Assembly (NCBI GenBank): GCA_022574775.1
Contig: JACZRI010000004.1
Coordinates: 1 to 59,268 of the forward strand
DNA from: Patescibacteria group bacterium
Lineage (GTDB): Bacteria; Patescibacteriota; Minisyncoccia; Minisyncoccales; RBG-13-36-15
DNA length: 59,268 nucleotides
Direction of reading: 5' to 3'
In this document: positions 39,075 through 49,220 of the stretch, one piece after another
How the letters are laid out: each line of letters starts with the position of its first letter
How positions within the stretch are numbered: the first letter of the stretch is position 1
The notes under the pieces: generated by a model
Told to the model about the DNA's origin: nothing
What the model saw: the letters and a program-made list of their open reading frames with translations, nothing else
The model's database searches: none
Translations under genes and position numbers: made by a program

Positions 39075-39791
39075 TTATTTTATATAATGATCCTTTGTAT
39101 AGCGACGTCTTGAAACTTTTTCATCACTTTCTATGAAACCATCTTTTAAACGAATAATGCGTTCAGCATACTCCGAAATATAGGTTTCGTGAGTAATAAG
39201 GATAATGGTATGTCCTTTGGCATGCAGTTTTTCAATAAATTCCATTATCTGACCGCCTGATTTTGAATCAAGGTTACCTGTTGGTTCATCGGCAAAAATA
39301 ACTGAGGGATTATTCACAAAAGCTCGAGCAATAGCCAATCTTTGTCTTTCACCGCCAGAAAGCTGTGAAGATTCGTGATACAAACGTTCGGTAAGTCCGA
39401 CCACCTCAATGACTTTTTTTGCAATTTCATCTTGTTCTTGATCAGGAATATCAGTATAAAGAAGCGGTAATTTTACATTTTCTAAAACAGTGGTGCGCGG
39501 CAAAAGATTAAAAGCCTGAAACACAAATCCCATTCTTTTATTTCTTACTTTGGCCAACTCATCATCAGAGTATTCATCAATACTTCTTCCTTCAAAACGA
39601 TACTCGCCTTTTGTGGGACGGTCCAGAAACCCCAAGATATGTAAAAGTGTGGATTTCCCTGATCCTGAAGGTCCCATCACTGCCACAAATTCACCTTTCT
39701 GAATCTCAAGAGATACGCCAGCTAGGGCTGGCGTTTTGACACCGTCATCTATATAGACTTTTTCAATATTTTTTACTTTTATAAGAGGCAT
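39075..39791 (-). CDS. ABC transporter ATPase (MacB/LolD-like)
   Basis: [25 protein letters not shown]. Confidence 0.96.
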   Translation of the reverse strand: MPLIKVKNIEKVYIDDGVKTPALAGVSLEIQKGEFVAVMGPSGSGKSTLLHILGFLDRPTKGEYRFEGRSIDEYSDDELAKVRNKRMGFVFQAFNLLPRTTVLENVKLPLLYTDIPDQEQDEIAKKVIEVVGLTERLYHESSQLSGGERQRLAIARAFVNNPSVIFADEPTGNLDSKSGGQIMEFIEKLHAKGHTIILITHETYISEYAERIIRLKDGFIESDEKVSRRRYTKDHYIK

Positions 39792-39794
39792 AGA

Positions 39795-41348
39795 CTATTC
39801 TTCTATAAAAGTGATGATTTGATTACCTTCGCTTAAACCTTGGATAATCTCAACCATTCCGTTTTTGCCGATAAGCCCGGTTTCAACTTTTATTTCTTCA
39901 ATGCGATTATCTCGAATCACACGAACAATTTTTTCTTTATCCTTGGTAATAATGGCGCGCTGAGGAATAGCAATAACTCCTTTACGCATATTCGTGAGGA
40001 TATCTATGTTAGCTGTCATACTTGATCTAATACGCTCATTTTCTGTGCCGAACTGGAGCGTTATTTTGTAAGTCGTCACTCCTTCAATAATAGTTTCAGC
40101 TGGATCAATCTTGATGATGCGTGCTTGAAAAATAATATCCTGCCCGTAAGCATCAAGGGTAAGACGGGCTATATTATCGACTTTTATTTTAGCGATATCG
40201 GCTTCCGGCACATTGGCTTCAATCTCAAATTCAGCTTCTGAAATAATAGAAACAATATTACTGTTTGCTGAAACTATCTCTCCGACTTTTGCATTTTGAG
40301 TCACAACAATTCCATCAAAGGGACTACGGAGAATTGTTTTTACAAGCTGAGTTTGGTAATATTGCGAATTTGCTTTTGATTTCTCTAACTGCGCCTCTTG
40401 TGTTACTATTTGTTCTTTTATAGTTCCAGCTTTTTTCAAAGTAAGTTCTTGTTCAGCGATCGCATGATCAGATCCGGCTTTTTTTAGTTTTTCTTCTGCT
40501 GCAGTGAAATTACTTATGGCGGTATTAATATTTGAACGGGCAGTTGAGATATCAGATTTCCAACTCGCAGGAATACTTTCGCCTAATCCGCTAACAAGGT
40601 TATTTGGATTATTTACTGCTAATGCGACTTTGTTAAGAAATGATTTAATTTGTTCTAGATTTTTATTAGCAACCTCAAGATACAAGGTGAAGTCAGAGTT
40701 AAGGGTAAGATTAGCTAAAGATACTTGCCAAGTTTTCAAAACCGGTTCTAAAACTGACCGTCTCCCCTCAATATCAGTTTTTAATTGATAGTCTATTGTA
40801 ATAAGCGCTAACTGGGGGGTATGCGTTAGCGGATTAGTGAAGAATTGGTCCACCTTGTTTCTTATCGCATCGTCTGCTTTTGTATATGCGTCTTGCAGTT
40901 TATCAAGCAAATTTTTCTTCGCATCCTCAAGCGCAACTTTTGCGCCTGCCACTTTTGTTTCTTGCACTTGGATTTCTTCTGGTTGTGTTCCTTGTTTAAG
41001 CTCATCAAGTTTTGCCAGTTGAATTTTGACATTTGCTTCTGCCTCGCGAAGTTGGGCAAGAAGTTCAGCGCTTTCAAGCACGATGAGTATTTGCCCAGTC
41101 TCCACCTTTTGGCCTACTTTCACAAGTACTTGGTTTACTTTACCGCTTTTCTCAAATGCTAAATCAACGCTCTCAACTGGCTTTACTTTACCCGTTACAC
41201 TTACTTCTTGGATAAGATCACCTTTTTTGGCAATGATAAAATCATAAGTTAACACATCATCTCTGCCAAAATATATATAACCAACAATGATCCCAATAAT
41301 AATAATAAAGGAAATAATAACTATTGGTTTTTTAATCAGGTTTTTCAT
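39795..41348 (-). CDS. Efflux membrane-fusion/adaptor protein (MacA/HlyD-like)
   Basis: N-terminal TM, barrel-sandwich halves, long hairpin, SPFDG. Confidence 0.92.
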   Translation of the reverse strand: MKNLIKKPIVIISFIIIIGIIVGYIYFGRDDVLTYDFIIAKKGDLIQEVSVTGKVKPVESVDLAFEKSGKVNQVLVKVGQKVETGQILIVLESAELLAQLREAEANVKIQLAKLDELKQGTQPEEIQVQETKVAGAKVALEDAKKNLLDKLQDAYTKADDAIRNKVDQFFTNPLTHTPQLALITIDYQLKTDIEGRRSVLEPVLKTWQVSLANLTLNSDFTLYLEVANKNLEQIKSFLNKVALAVNNPNNLVSGLGESIPASWKSDISTARSNINTAISNFTAAEEKLKKAGSDHAIAEQELTLKKAGTIKEQIVTQEAQLEKSKANSQYYQTQLVKTILRSPFDGIVVTQNAKVGEIVSANSNIVSIISEAEFEIEANVPEADIAKIKVDNIARLTLDAYGQDIIFQARIIKIDPAETIIEGVTTYKITLQFGTENERIRSSMTANIDILTNMRKGVIAIPQRAIITKDKEKIVRVIRDNRIEEIKVETGLIGKNGMVEIIQGLSEGNQIITFIEE

Positions 41349-41597
41349 GATAATTTATTCTACCAAAAAACCGCCATTCTTCACAGAGTTGCGGCGGGTT
41401 ACTCTTCTTGTCGCTGACGCTATATAGTTTTAGCGATGGAGCGGCGATTTTTGAAACGTCTCGGTTCCCCTTTTGCCAAGTACGGTACTGTGCCTGGCTT
41501 CGCTAAAACTAAGGAAGAACAAGTCAAGGTTGTTTTAAAATTATAACAATGGTTAAAAATATCTAAAATTATTGCCGATAAATTTCAAGCAGGAATG

Positions 41598-41622
41598 AAA
41601 AAATCCTCTTATGAGGATTTTT
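41598..41622 (-). terminator. Intrinsic terminator
   Basis: AAAAATCCTC-TTAT-GAGGATTTTT. Confidence 0.75.
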
Positions 41623-41631
41623 CCAATGTTT

Positions 41632-41952
41632 TTACCAACGATCTCTTCGGTTTCCGCCGAACCCTCGATTTCCGCGATTAAATACATCTCTTCGAGGACG
41701 AGACTCTAAAGGTCTAGCTTCGTTTACTGTAACGTTTTTTCCATCCATCTCTTTACCATTGAACATCTCAATGGCCTTTTGAGCTTCTTCTTCAGAAGAC
41801 ATTTCAACAAAACCAAATCCTTTTGAACGGCCAGACATTTTATCGGTAATCACAGTTGCCGATTCAACAGTCCCAGCTTGAGAAAAAGTCTCTTTTAAAG
41901 TCGTTTCGGTGGTTTCGTTTGATAATCCACCGACAAACAATTTTTTTGCCAT
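41632..41952 (-). CDS. RRM RNA-binding protein
   Basis: KLFVGGL (RNP2), KGFGFVEM (RNP1), Arg/Gly-rich tail. Confidence 0.96.
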   Translation of the reverse strand: MAKKLFVGGLSNETTETTLKETFSQAGTVESATVITDKMSGRSKGFGFVEMSSEEEAQKAIEMFNGKEMDGKNVTVNEARPLESRPRRDVFNRGNRGFGGNRRDRW

Positions 41953-42272
41953 AATGCGAGCGAAATGAAAATTATCTCTAGAATTATTGCAACTTGCGTT
42001 GCAATTATAACTTTGTAGTAAAAAAATATCCCTAGAGATATAATTGTTCCTTACGCTATTTATTTATGAGTAAGCCGACCACTGTTTTTATTCTCTTTCA
42101 AAACTTACATAGTTAATAAATACGCAAGGAAAGGAAAATTAACAGAAACTTACCTTATTATAATAGCTTATCGTTGACAAAAAGTCACGGGTTTATTTTT
42201 TATTTCTATGCTTTTTTAAAAACCTGCGATGTTTTGTTCTGTTTCTATTTCTATTCGGATTGTGTGAGTTTT

Positions 42273-42488
42273 TCACATTTTCTTCTTCTTAGTATTTCTT
42301 TTTTCTCCGGATGGTAAAGAAGTAAGCCATAAAATAAATGGCCTCCGAAGTTTATCTATAGGCCAGTCATCGTTTTTAAAAAGTGATGCCTTATCTATTC
42401 TAAAACGAGAAAGTAAAGCTATTGTAACTTGCAGATTCAAAGGAGATAATCTGTTATGTTCTAATAAAAATTGTTCTTTTTTAGTCAT
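42273..42488 (-). CDS. Hypothetical protein
   Basis: MTKKEQFLLEHNRLSP...LRRPFILWL. Confidence 0.65.
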   Translation of the reverse strand: MTKKEQFLLEHNRLSPLNLQVTIALLSRFRIDKASLFKNDDWPIDKLRRPFILWLTSLPSGEKRNTKKKKM

Positions 42489-42703
42489 GTTAAAATTAAA
42501 AAAAATCTTAATTACTGTGAGTTACAAATAGTATTATTTATTACCCATCTGGAATAACGAATATACCTATTTATAATCAAAACTCTCAATTGATTCTATC
42601 TTACATTAATTCTTTTAAAAAATCAAGCTCTTGTCAAAAAACCGCCTTCTTGGCGATTAAAAGTTGGGGTTCTCTGGTGCGACAAAATCAGAGGATTGTT
42701 CAT

Positions 42704-43111
42704 TTAAATACCATAAATATCTATAAAAATTCCTATAAGTAAAGCTATTAGAGAAAGTATGAAAATAACCGCTGCATTCCATCTTGATTTTGAAGTTACC
42801 GTGGTTTTGGCCAGATAATGAAGGGCTAACTTCTTTTGCGAATCAATGTCAGAATTATCTATAGCTTCAACCAGCTTGTAATCTTGAATCAATTTTGCTT
42901 TTTTCCTGGCAACATCAAAACGATGGCCAAAATAAAGGACAAAGCCGATGGTGCCAATATACCAAGCAATCTTTACCCATGAAGGACTGTAAAAATCCAA
43001 GACGATAATTATCCTATATGCAATTGTAGCGATTATTCCAGCCCAAAAGAAAAATAAACGAATTGGTTTTGGGTTTGGCTTTATGAGCTTTAGAATTCCC
43101 TTATCTTCCAT
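42704..43111 (-). CDS. Hypothetical 3-TM membrane protein (cassette)
   Basis: Start moved to MEDKG, 6 nt after the -10 TACGAT. Confidence 0.8.
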   Translation of the reverse strand: MEDKGILKLIKPNPKPIRLFFFWAGIIATIAYRIIIVLDFYSPSWVKIAWYIGTIGFVLYFGHRFDVARKKAKLIQDYKLVEAIDNSDIDSQKKLALHYLAKTTVTSKSRWNAAVIFILSLIALLIGIFIDIYGI

Positions 43112-43285
43112 TCCGTTATCGTAACAAAAAACCGCCGTCTTGGCTATTTTAAAAGAAAAAAGCAGTTTTTGCTGCTTCATCTCCTAGCTGGCTTGCGGGG
43201 CTTGGACGACGTTAGAACCTCTCTCCAGGGTATTTTGTTGTGTCTATTTCTGTTTAAAATAGGTATTACCCTACTCTGCTACTCG

Positions 43286-43963
43286 CTATTTCTTAAGTTT
43301 ATGTAATATCTCCTCCAAATGGGTCACATTCTTTATAATATGTTTAACGCCTAAATTTTGTGCCTCTTCTTGGTTTAAATGACCAGTTAAGACAACAATC
43401 GGCGTAATGCCTGCGTTCTTTGCCATCTGGACATCGCTTTGAGCATCCCCAACTAAAACTGTCTCGTTAGGTAAAGTATTTTGTGACTTCATTATTGTTT
43501 CGAGCATAAAAGGATGCGGCTTTAATTTACTTGGGTCATCTATATCGTAAGAGGTAACAATCTTTGTAAAAACATCTGGAATATCGAATTTAGGTATAAT
43601 TCTCTCTTTTAATAACTTTGGATGAACACCCGTGGCAAGGGCAAGAGTATAATTTCTTTGTAATTTATTAAGCAACTCTCGGCTTCCCGGCACTATACTT
43701 AGACAATCAACAAATGTATTTCCAAATAGAATATCTTCATATATCTTACAAGCTCTATCTATAAACTCTGGATGTTCCTTTAATAATTCAGTAAGCCCTT
43801 CTCTATGAGTCTTTCCCCATTGTGATAAGATTCTTCTTTTTTCTTCTTCGGAATCCAAATGAATTCCTAATTGCGTTATGGTCTCGTGATAACATTTAAA
43901 ATACCCTTCTTTAGAACCAAGGGTAAATACATCGTCCCAGTCGAAAATTATAAGTTTAATCAT
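43286..43963 (-). CDS. HAD-superfamily hydrolase (cassette)
   Basis: FDWDD, LAT, KPHP, VGDAQSD. Confidence 0.93.
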   Translation of the reverse strand: MIKLIIFDWDDVFTLGSKEGYFKCYHETITQLGIHLDSEEEKRRILSQWGKTHREGLTELLKEHPEFIDRACKIYEDILFGNTFVDCLSIVPGSRELLNKLQRNYTLALATGVHPKLLKERIIPKFDIPDVFTKIVTSYDIDDPSKLKPHPFMLETIMKSQNTLPNETVLVGDAQSDVQMAKNAGITPIVVLTGHLNQEEAQNLGVKHIIKNVTHLEEILHKLKK

Positions 43964-44095
43964 ATGATTTTTTTTATAGCTGCGGAGCGTGAAAGAAGTT
44001 AGAACCTGGATTATGGCTAATAGCGCTACTTTCAGAGTACCTGATCTCGCTCCACAGACTTAGTTACCCTACCCTACTACTCACTATTTCTTATA

Positions 44096-44596
44096 TTACC
44101 TACAATTATTGCAGATACCAATTACCTTTCGGGAAGTAAAATAAAGAGAAAATAACATAAAAGCTAAGGCTATAAAGAACACCCACCATTGATACTGAAT
44201 AAGAAAGCTAACAGTCCCAAATCCTAAAAATCCAAAAAGTGATGCGATACACATCGGACAGGAAGCAGCTCCGAAAATGGAAGCGAACGTCCCGGAAATA
44301 CTTCCCACACCACCTTTAGCCAGCGCTCCAAGCCGATCTTTTGACTGTTTGTAGATATACACATTCATCAGAATAAAAAGCGAGCCAAGTATAGAGAGTG
44401 CCGCAAGGGTAATATAGTCGAAAGGAATGTAGAGAGAAAATTGCAGTTATAGTGTATTTGAAGGAATTGCAATGAGTGGTATCGCCACAAAAAAGATGAA
44501 AAAGGCGAGAGAAAATGGCAAGAAAAGTATGCGATACATTTTTTCTCGAAGAATAACCTTTGCAGCAGAAAAGATTGTTTGAGGATAACGAAACAT
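44096..44596 (-). pseudogene. Paralog of the 46022-46543 CxxC membrane protein with in-frame TAA at 44447-44449
   Basis: MFRYPQ...IPSNTL*LQFSLY...ASCPMCIASLFGFLG; continuous frame across the stop. Confidence 0.85.
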
Positions 44597-44597
44597 A

Positions 44598-45455
44598 TTA
44601 TGGGAAAAGTATATTAGTAAATACTGTAATGAAAATAGAAGAAAGGATAAGAAAAGCTCCGACAATAAGAAGCAGCACACCGCTTACTCGTTGGATGGCA
44701 ACAGTTGATTGACGAAGACTCTGGAGTAAAGTTTCTTTAGAAAAAGCAATGAGCAGTGATACAACAATCATAAGCACCGCCATAACTAATGAGTAAATAA
44801 TAAAAGCAAGGAAGGCATCTGCGAAACCGCCCCGAGAAAGGGCAAATACAAAAAGTATAGCCATAATCGGTCCTCCACAACCAATGCCAAGTAATGAATA
44901 GCCAAAGCCATAAGCATAGAGTTTTCTAAACTTTGCTTGTTTTTCTTGCGGAGATGATTTCGGATGCCAAAGATGCCCTAATTTCCCAAAAGGATTCCCT
45001 TTACCTGTCGCGTGGCTAAAGCCAAGATATAGAATAAATATACCCGCAATACCACGAAGCCATCTTACAGATATACTTGGGTTTTCTCCTGCAAGCCCCA
45101 ATGATTTTCCAAAACCAGCTCCCAAAATACCAATACCAACACCGAGCAAAAGATTAAATGTGATAAGACCTAATGCTGCTGCTAATCCAGAAAGAAGCAG
45201 TTGCTCCTTTGGCTTTTTGTTTTCACCTTCTTTCGTTGTGTAGTATTGGGCAAGATAAACTGGAAGCAAAGGAAAGGCACAAGGGTTAAAAAAACTTGCT
45301 ACTCCTGCGACTACAGCTACGAACAGTAACCCAAAAGCAACACTTCCTTTCATTATGTTGATAACAAACCAAATGAAGAGACCGTAGCCGCCTGCAACAA
45401 GTGCAAGAATCAAGAAAATAAATAGGAATAATTTCAAATTGAGTTTTGGTATCAT
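44598..45455 (-). CDS. CcdA/DsbD-type thiol-reductant membrane protein
   Basis: FFNPCAFPLLP and GCGGP; multiple TM. Confidence 0.88.
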   Translation of the reverse strand: MIPKLNLKLFLFIFLILALVAGGYGLFIWFVINIMKGSVAFGLLFVAVVAGVASFFNPCAFPLLPVYLAQYYTTKEGENKKPKEQLLLSGLAAALGLITFNLLLGVGIGILGAGFGKSLGLAGENPSISVRWLRGIAGIFILYLGFSHATGKGNPFGKLGHLWHPKSSPQEKQAKFRKLYAYGFGYSLLGIGCGGPIMAILFVFALSRGGFADAFLAFIIYSLVMAVLMIVVSLLIAFSKETLLQSLRQSTVAIQRVSGVLLLIVGAFLILSSIFITVFTNILFP

Positions 45456-45481
45456 AACATTTGTCGCTTAAGATATTGTTA

Positions 45482-46018
45482 TCAGTTAGTTAGTGCTCTA
45501 GCCACAATGTTGCGTAAAGTCTCTGCGGTAGTTATAGAGCTGTCTTGATAAATAATATCGCTATTTTTATCTACGATAACAGTCTCATCTAATGACTTAA
45601 TCCCATATAAGTTAATAAAACCTGATTGGAATCCGAAATACCACTCACCATCTGCTCCGTAGGTCTGCTGAAACCTTAATAAATCTGCTGGCGTTGACCG
45701 TTCTGGTTGAATATCAAAAGACATCACCACAAGCCCTTTTTCTTGAAACTCTTGAAAGACTTTTTTAACCTCTCCTGCTTGGAGTTTACAGCTTGGACAC
45801 CACGCTGCCATAGCTTGTAAGATAACTACTCTTCCCCTGAACTGCGATAAACTTATCTCTTGTCCCTCTGTTGAGATAAAGGATATTTGTGGTGCTTCTT
45901 TTATGGAATTCAGTGCTAACTCTGTAGTATTACCTTCTCCACCAGATTTCATCGAGGATAACAGAAAGAACCCTCCTATACCCACGAGCAAAATTAAAAG
46001 AATGCCTATAACTTTCAT
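45482..46018 (-). CDS. TlpA/ResA-like membrane-anchored thioredoxin
   Basis: AAWCPSC; N-terminal TM. Confidence 0.9.
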   Translation of the reverse strand: MKVIGILLILLVGIGGFFLLSSMKSGGEGNTTELALNSIKEAPQISFISTEGQEISLSQFRGRVVILQAMAAWCPSCKLQAGEVKKVFQEFQEKGLVVMSFDIQPERSTPADLLRFQQTYGADGEWYFGFQSGFINLYGIKSLDETVIVDKNSDIIYQDSSITTAETLRNIVARALTN

Positions 46019-46021
46019 TTT

Positions 46022-46543
46022 TTAGTTTTCTTTTTTACTATCTGTAATACAAGAAGCACACTTTCTCGATGTAAAGTAAATAGAGATAAGTATGAGCAAA
46101 ATTGCCCCACTAACTATGAGCCACTGGTAACGGATAAGAAAAAATACTGTTCCCAAACCCAAGAATCCGAATAATGCAGCAAGGCAAGAAGCACAGGCAG
46201 CGGTTCCAAATACTGCAGCAACCAGGCCGCCATAACCGCCAACCGCACCTTGTCCAAGAACTTTTGCCCGCTCTTTAGTCCCCCGTGTTATCTTATAAGT
46301 GTATACCTGTAACACAATAAAAAATGAAGCGATTATAGAGAGGGTAGAAATAAGAGTATAGTCTCTGATAGTAAAAATACTTAGCTGAAAGGAAATAGTA
46401 TTAGCAGGGATTGTTAATACTGGTATAAGGACGAAAATAAAGAATATGACGGGGATAAAGATGAAAAATCCTAAAAGATAATTCCTCTTTGTAAGAACTT
46501 CTTTAGCGGTAGTGAATATTTGGGCGATAATGTTCATACGCAA
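46022..46543 (-). CDS. Membrane protein with intramembrane CxxC, possible Hg/metal transporter
   Basis: AACASCLAAL and C-terminal CASC; overlaps the merA stop. Confidence 0.7.
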   Translation of the reverse strand: MRMNIIAQIFTTAKEVLTKRNYLLGFFIFIPVIFFIFVLIPVLTIPANTISFQLSIFTIRDYTLISTLSIIASFFIVLQVYTYKITRGTKERAKVLGQGAVGGYGGLVAAVFGTAACASCLAALFGFLGLGTVFFLIRYQWLIVSGAILLILISIYFTSRKCASCITDSKKEN

Positions 46544-47937
46544 CAGCTTAACTTGGAAATATCTTTGGTAAATGATAATGCAACAATCTTTATTGATTCA
46601 GAAAGTGTTGGAAACATAGGAAGGGAACTTGTGACATCATCAATAGTATTCTTATTTTTCACCAGCATCATAGCTTCTGCAATAAGCTCACTCGCATGTG
46701 GTGCTAAAATATGAACGCCCATAATTTGCTTTGTTTTTGGGTGAATCGCCATTTTAATCAATCCTTCAGTGCGGTGTATAATTATTGCTTTAGGGACATC
46801 TGCAAAAGAAACCGTACGGCAAGCACAAACTCCTATTTTACTCATCTGCTCGTCCTCAGTAAGACCCACGCCAGCGAGTTGAGGATCGGTGAAAACCGTA
46901 TAGGGCACGGTGTTATAATCAATGCTCTCTCGGGAGTCAGTCAGCGCGTTTGAAGCTGAAAGTGTTCCCTCACGTCCTGCAGTGGTTTCAAGCCGTAAAG
47001 GCAGATTCGTTACATCCCCTACTGCAAAAATGTGTGGTTGCGAAGTTTGAAAGAATTTATTAACAACGATAGCTTGTTTTTGGTCAATCTTGACATTAAT
47101 CTTTTCTAAACCAAGACCTTTTGTATTTGCTGTTTTTCCTGTTGCAAGCAGTATCTCATCGCACGCCACTTCTTCCTGTTTTCCGTCAATGAGATAGGAA
47201 AGAACCTTTTTATCTTTTTCTTTGTGTGCCTTTTTAACTTCGACATTGGTTTTAATGGTTATGCCCTCTTTTGTCAGTATTTCGCTTAGGCGTTCAGTAA
47301 GTTCTTTCTCGGTAGATGGAAAAATAGAAGGTCCTCTCTGCAAAATCGTTACCTTTGTTCCAAAACGGGAATACATTTGAGCGAACTCAAGCCCCAATGC
47401 TCCAGCTCCCACAACAACTAATTCTCTTGGCCGCTGTTCAAGTCTTAGTGCTTCAATATGAGTGATAAATCCAACTTCTTTAATTCCTTCAATCGATGGA
47501 ACATTGGCAGTTGATCCTGTGGCGATAATAAATTTGTCTGCTGATAACCTCTCGCCATTTATTTCAATTTCTTTTGGCGAGATAAATGTTGCTTTTCCTT
47601 CAATATGGAAAACATGCTCTAAACTTTTCAAAACTTTTTCATACTTTTCAACTCTTAAACGCTCCACGAGCGAAAGTTCATCTTGAACAACCTTTTGAAA
47701 GTCAAAATTCTTAACTGTTAATTCAATACCGGGAATATCGTGATGTTGTGCAAGGTGCATTATTTCTCCTGCCCAAAGGAGAGTTTTGGATGGAACACAA
47801 CCAACATTGACACAGGTTCCACCGAGTGGCAGTCCTGCATTTATCATTGCCGTTTTTGCTTTAAGTTCGTTAGCACGAATAGCAGCTGCGAAAGCACCTG
47901 CCCCACCGCCGATAATAATTAGGTCATATTGTTTCAT
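46534..47937 (-). CDS. merA: Mercuric reductase (no N-terminal NmerA domain)
   Basis: GGTCVNVGCVPSK, FTDP, C-terminal LSCCV vicinal Cys. Confidence 0.92.
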   Translation of the reverse strand: MKQYDLIIIGGGAGAFAAAIRANELKAKTAMINAGLPLGGTCVNVGCVPSKTLLWAGEIMHLAQHHDIPGIELTVKNFDFQKVVQDELSLVERLRVEKYEKVLKSLEHVFHIEGKATFISPKEIEINGERLSADKFIIATGSTANVPSIEGIKEVGFITHIEALRLEQRPRELVVVGAGALGLEFAQMYSRFGTKVTILQRGPSIFPSTEKELTERLSEILTKEGITIKTNVEVKKAHKEKDKKVLSYLIDGKQEEVACDEILLATGKTANTKGLGLEKINVKIDQKQAIVVNKFFQTSQPHIFAVGDVTNLPLRLETTAGREGTLSASNALTDSRESIDYNTVPYTVFTDPQLAGVGLTEDEQMSKIGVCACRTVSFADVPKAIIIHRTEGLIKMAIHPKTKQIMGVHILAPHASELIAEAMMLVKNKNTIDDVTSSLPMFPTLSESIKIVALSFTKDISKLSCCV

Positions 47938-48245
47938 AAATTATGTAAGCTCTTTTTCAAGAGACGATTAAAACTGGTATTTGAGAGACTATAAAAGACC
48001 TGTTTGTAGTCTCGTCTGGAATTGACCAAGTGATGTTTACGAAGTCGTCTTAAAGAATGTGATACAACGGAAATTGAAACATTAAGTGTTTCTGCTATTT
48101 CTCCCACAGATAATTCTTTATACTCACATAATAGCCAACATATTTTCATTCTCGTTAGGTCTCCTACCAATCCAAACTGCTTAGCACACTCCAATAATGC
48201 CTTTCTATTTTTAAGCTTTTTCCTGATTTGTTTTTTATTAACCAT
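47934..48245 (-). CDS. ArsR/SmtB family repressor
   Basis: TRMKI..L, VGEIA, VSHSLRRL, VFYSL. Confidence 0.92.
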   Translation of the reverse strand: MVNKKQIRKKLKNRKALLECAKQFGLVGDLTRMKICWLLCEYKELSVGEIAETLNVSISVVSHSLRRLRKHHLVNSRRDYKQVFYSLSNTSFNRLLKKSLHNL

Positions 48246-48252
48246 AATAGTT

Positions 48253-48300
48253 CACTTGAAAGTCTATTCAAATGATATCTTGTTATAAATATACTGTCAA
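48253..48300 (-). promoter_or_regulatory. Sigma70 promoter with overlapping inverted-repeat operator
   Basis: TTGACA-17-TATCAT; CATTTGAA-N6-TTCAAGTG between the -10 and ATG. Confidence 0.75.
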
Positions 48301-48474
48301 GCGATAGTTATCCACAAACAGAATCAGCGTGAAAAACAAAAAATCGCCTTCTTGGCGATTGATTTCATAGCTGCGGAGCGTGAAAGAAGTTAGAACATGG
48401 ATTATGGCTAATAGAGCTACTTTCAGAGTACCTGATCTCGTCCCACGGGCTTAGTTACCTTACTCTGCTACTCG

Positions 48475-48852
48475 CTATTTCTTAAAGTTTTTCGGCCAAC
48501 CGAGTAAAAAGAATAAAGCCAAAGGTGCTCCCCAGTTCGCCCAGCGTTCGACAAAATCCCAAATCGGATCGGACCCGAATGGCCAGCGAATCATTGCGGT
48601 CCAAAGACCCCAGATAGCCATCCAGAGAATTGCTATACGAACTGGTCTAATGAGGATAAGTAGAGCCAACGCTATATCCATAATGCCGACGAGGAAAAGA
48701 AGTATGGTGATTGTTTCGGTATTGGTAATACCGAATGTATAGAAATATTTGAACCAGCCCTCTTTTCCTTGGAGGGCAAACATGCCGTGACCAAAAAACG
48801 AGCCGGCAATAGCTATCCGCAGAACCCATTCGATTTTTTTTGAATTTTCCAT
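48475..48852 (-). CDS. DoxX-like membrane protein (cassette)
   Basis: LRIAIAGSFFGHG...FVERWANWGAPLAL. Confidence 0.8.
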   Translation of the reverse strand: MENSKKIEWVLRIAIAGSFFGHGMFALQGKEGWFKYFYTFGITNTETITILLFLVGIMDIALALLILIRPVRIAILWMAIWGLWTAMIRWPFGSDPIWDFVERWANWGAPLALFFLLGWPKNFKK

Positions 48853-49220
48853 ATTCTTATCCTACCAAAAAACCGCCTTCTTGGCGATTGATTTCATAGC
48901 TGCGGGGCGTGAAGAAGTTAGAACCTGGATTATGGCTAATAGTGCTACTTTCAGAGTACCTGATCTCGTCCCACGGGCTTAGTTATCCTGCCCTACTACT
49001 CACTATTTAGTTTGCTTTATTTTTTGACATCATTTTAAGGTAAAGGTAAAAGTTTGATAAAACAATAATACCCATGGTAAGCATGCCAAAATCCATCATA
49101 AGTATTGCCGCGTCCAAACCAAACAAAAACTAAATAGAAAATGGTAAGAGCGCCAAAAAAAATTAACCACATTGCAACTTAATGCAAAAGTTTATTCGTA
49201 GTTATAGTTGTATGGTAACG

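Noticed and set aside
1070..44449. Stop-codon reassignment suggested by two in-frame TAA codons
   Set aside because: TAA, TAG and TGA all terminate intact genes here; point mutations or sequencing errors are simpler.
48308..48316. Perfect DnaA box TTATCCACA
   Set aside because: Single isolated copy in an accessory region with no oriC context.
48872..48889. Hairpin A resembles the tRNA-Gln D-arm (TCGCCAAG..AAGGC)
   Set aside because: Short match lacking the D-loop GG; cannot be distinguished from chance.
49009..49215. Possible small membrane gene between the repeat and yncE
   Set aside because: Looks coding-like, but no intact frame could be supported; at most a decayed cassette.
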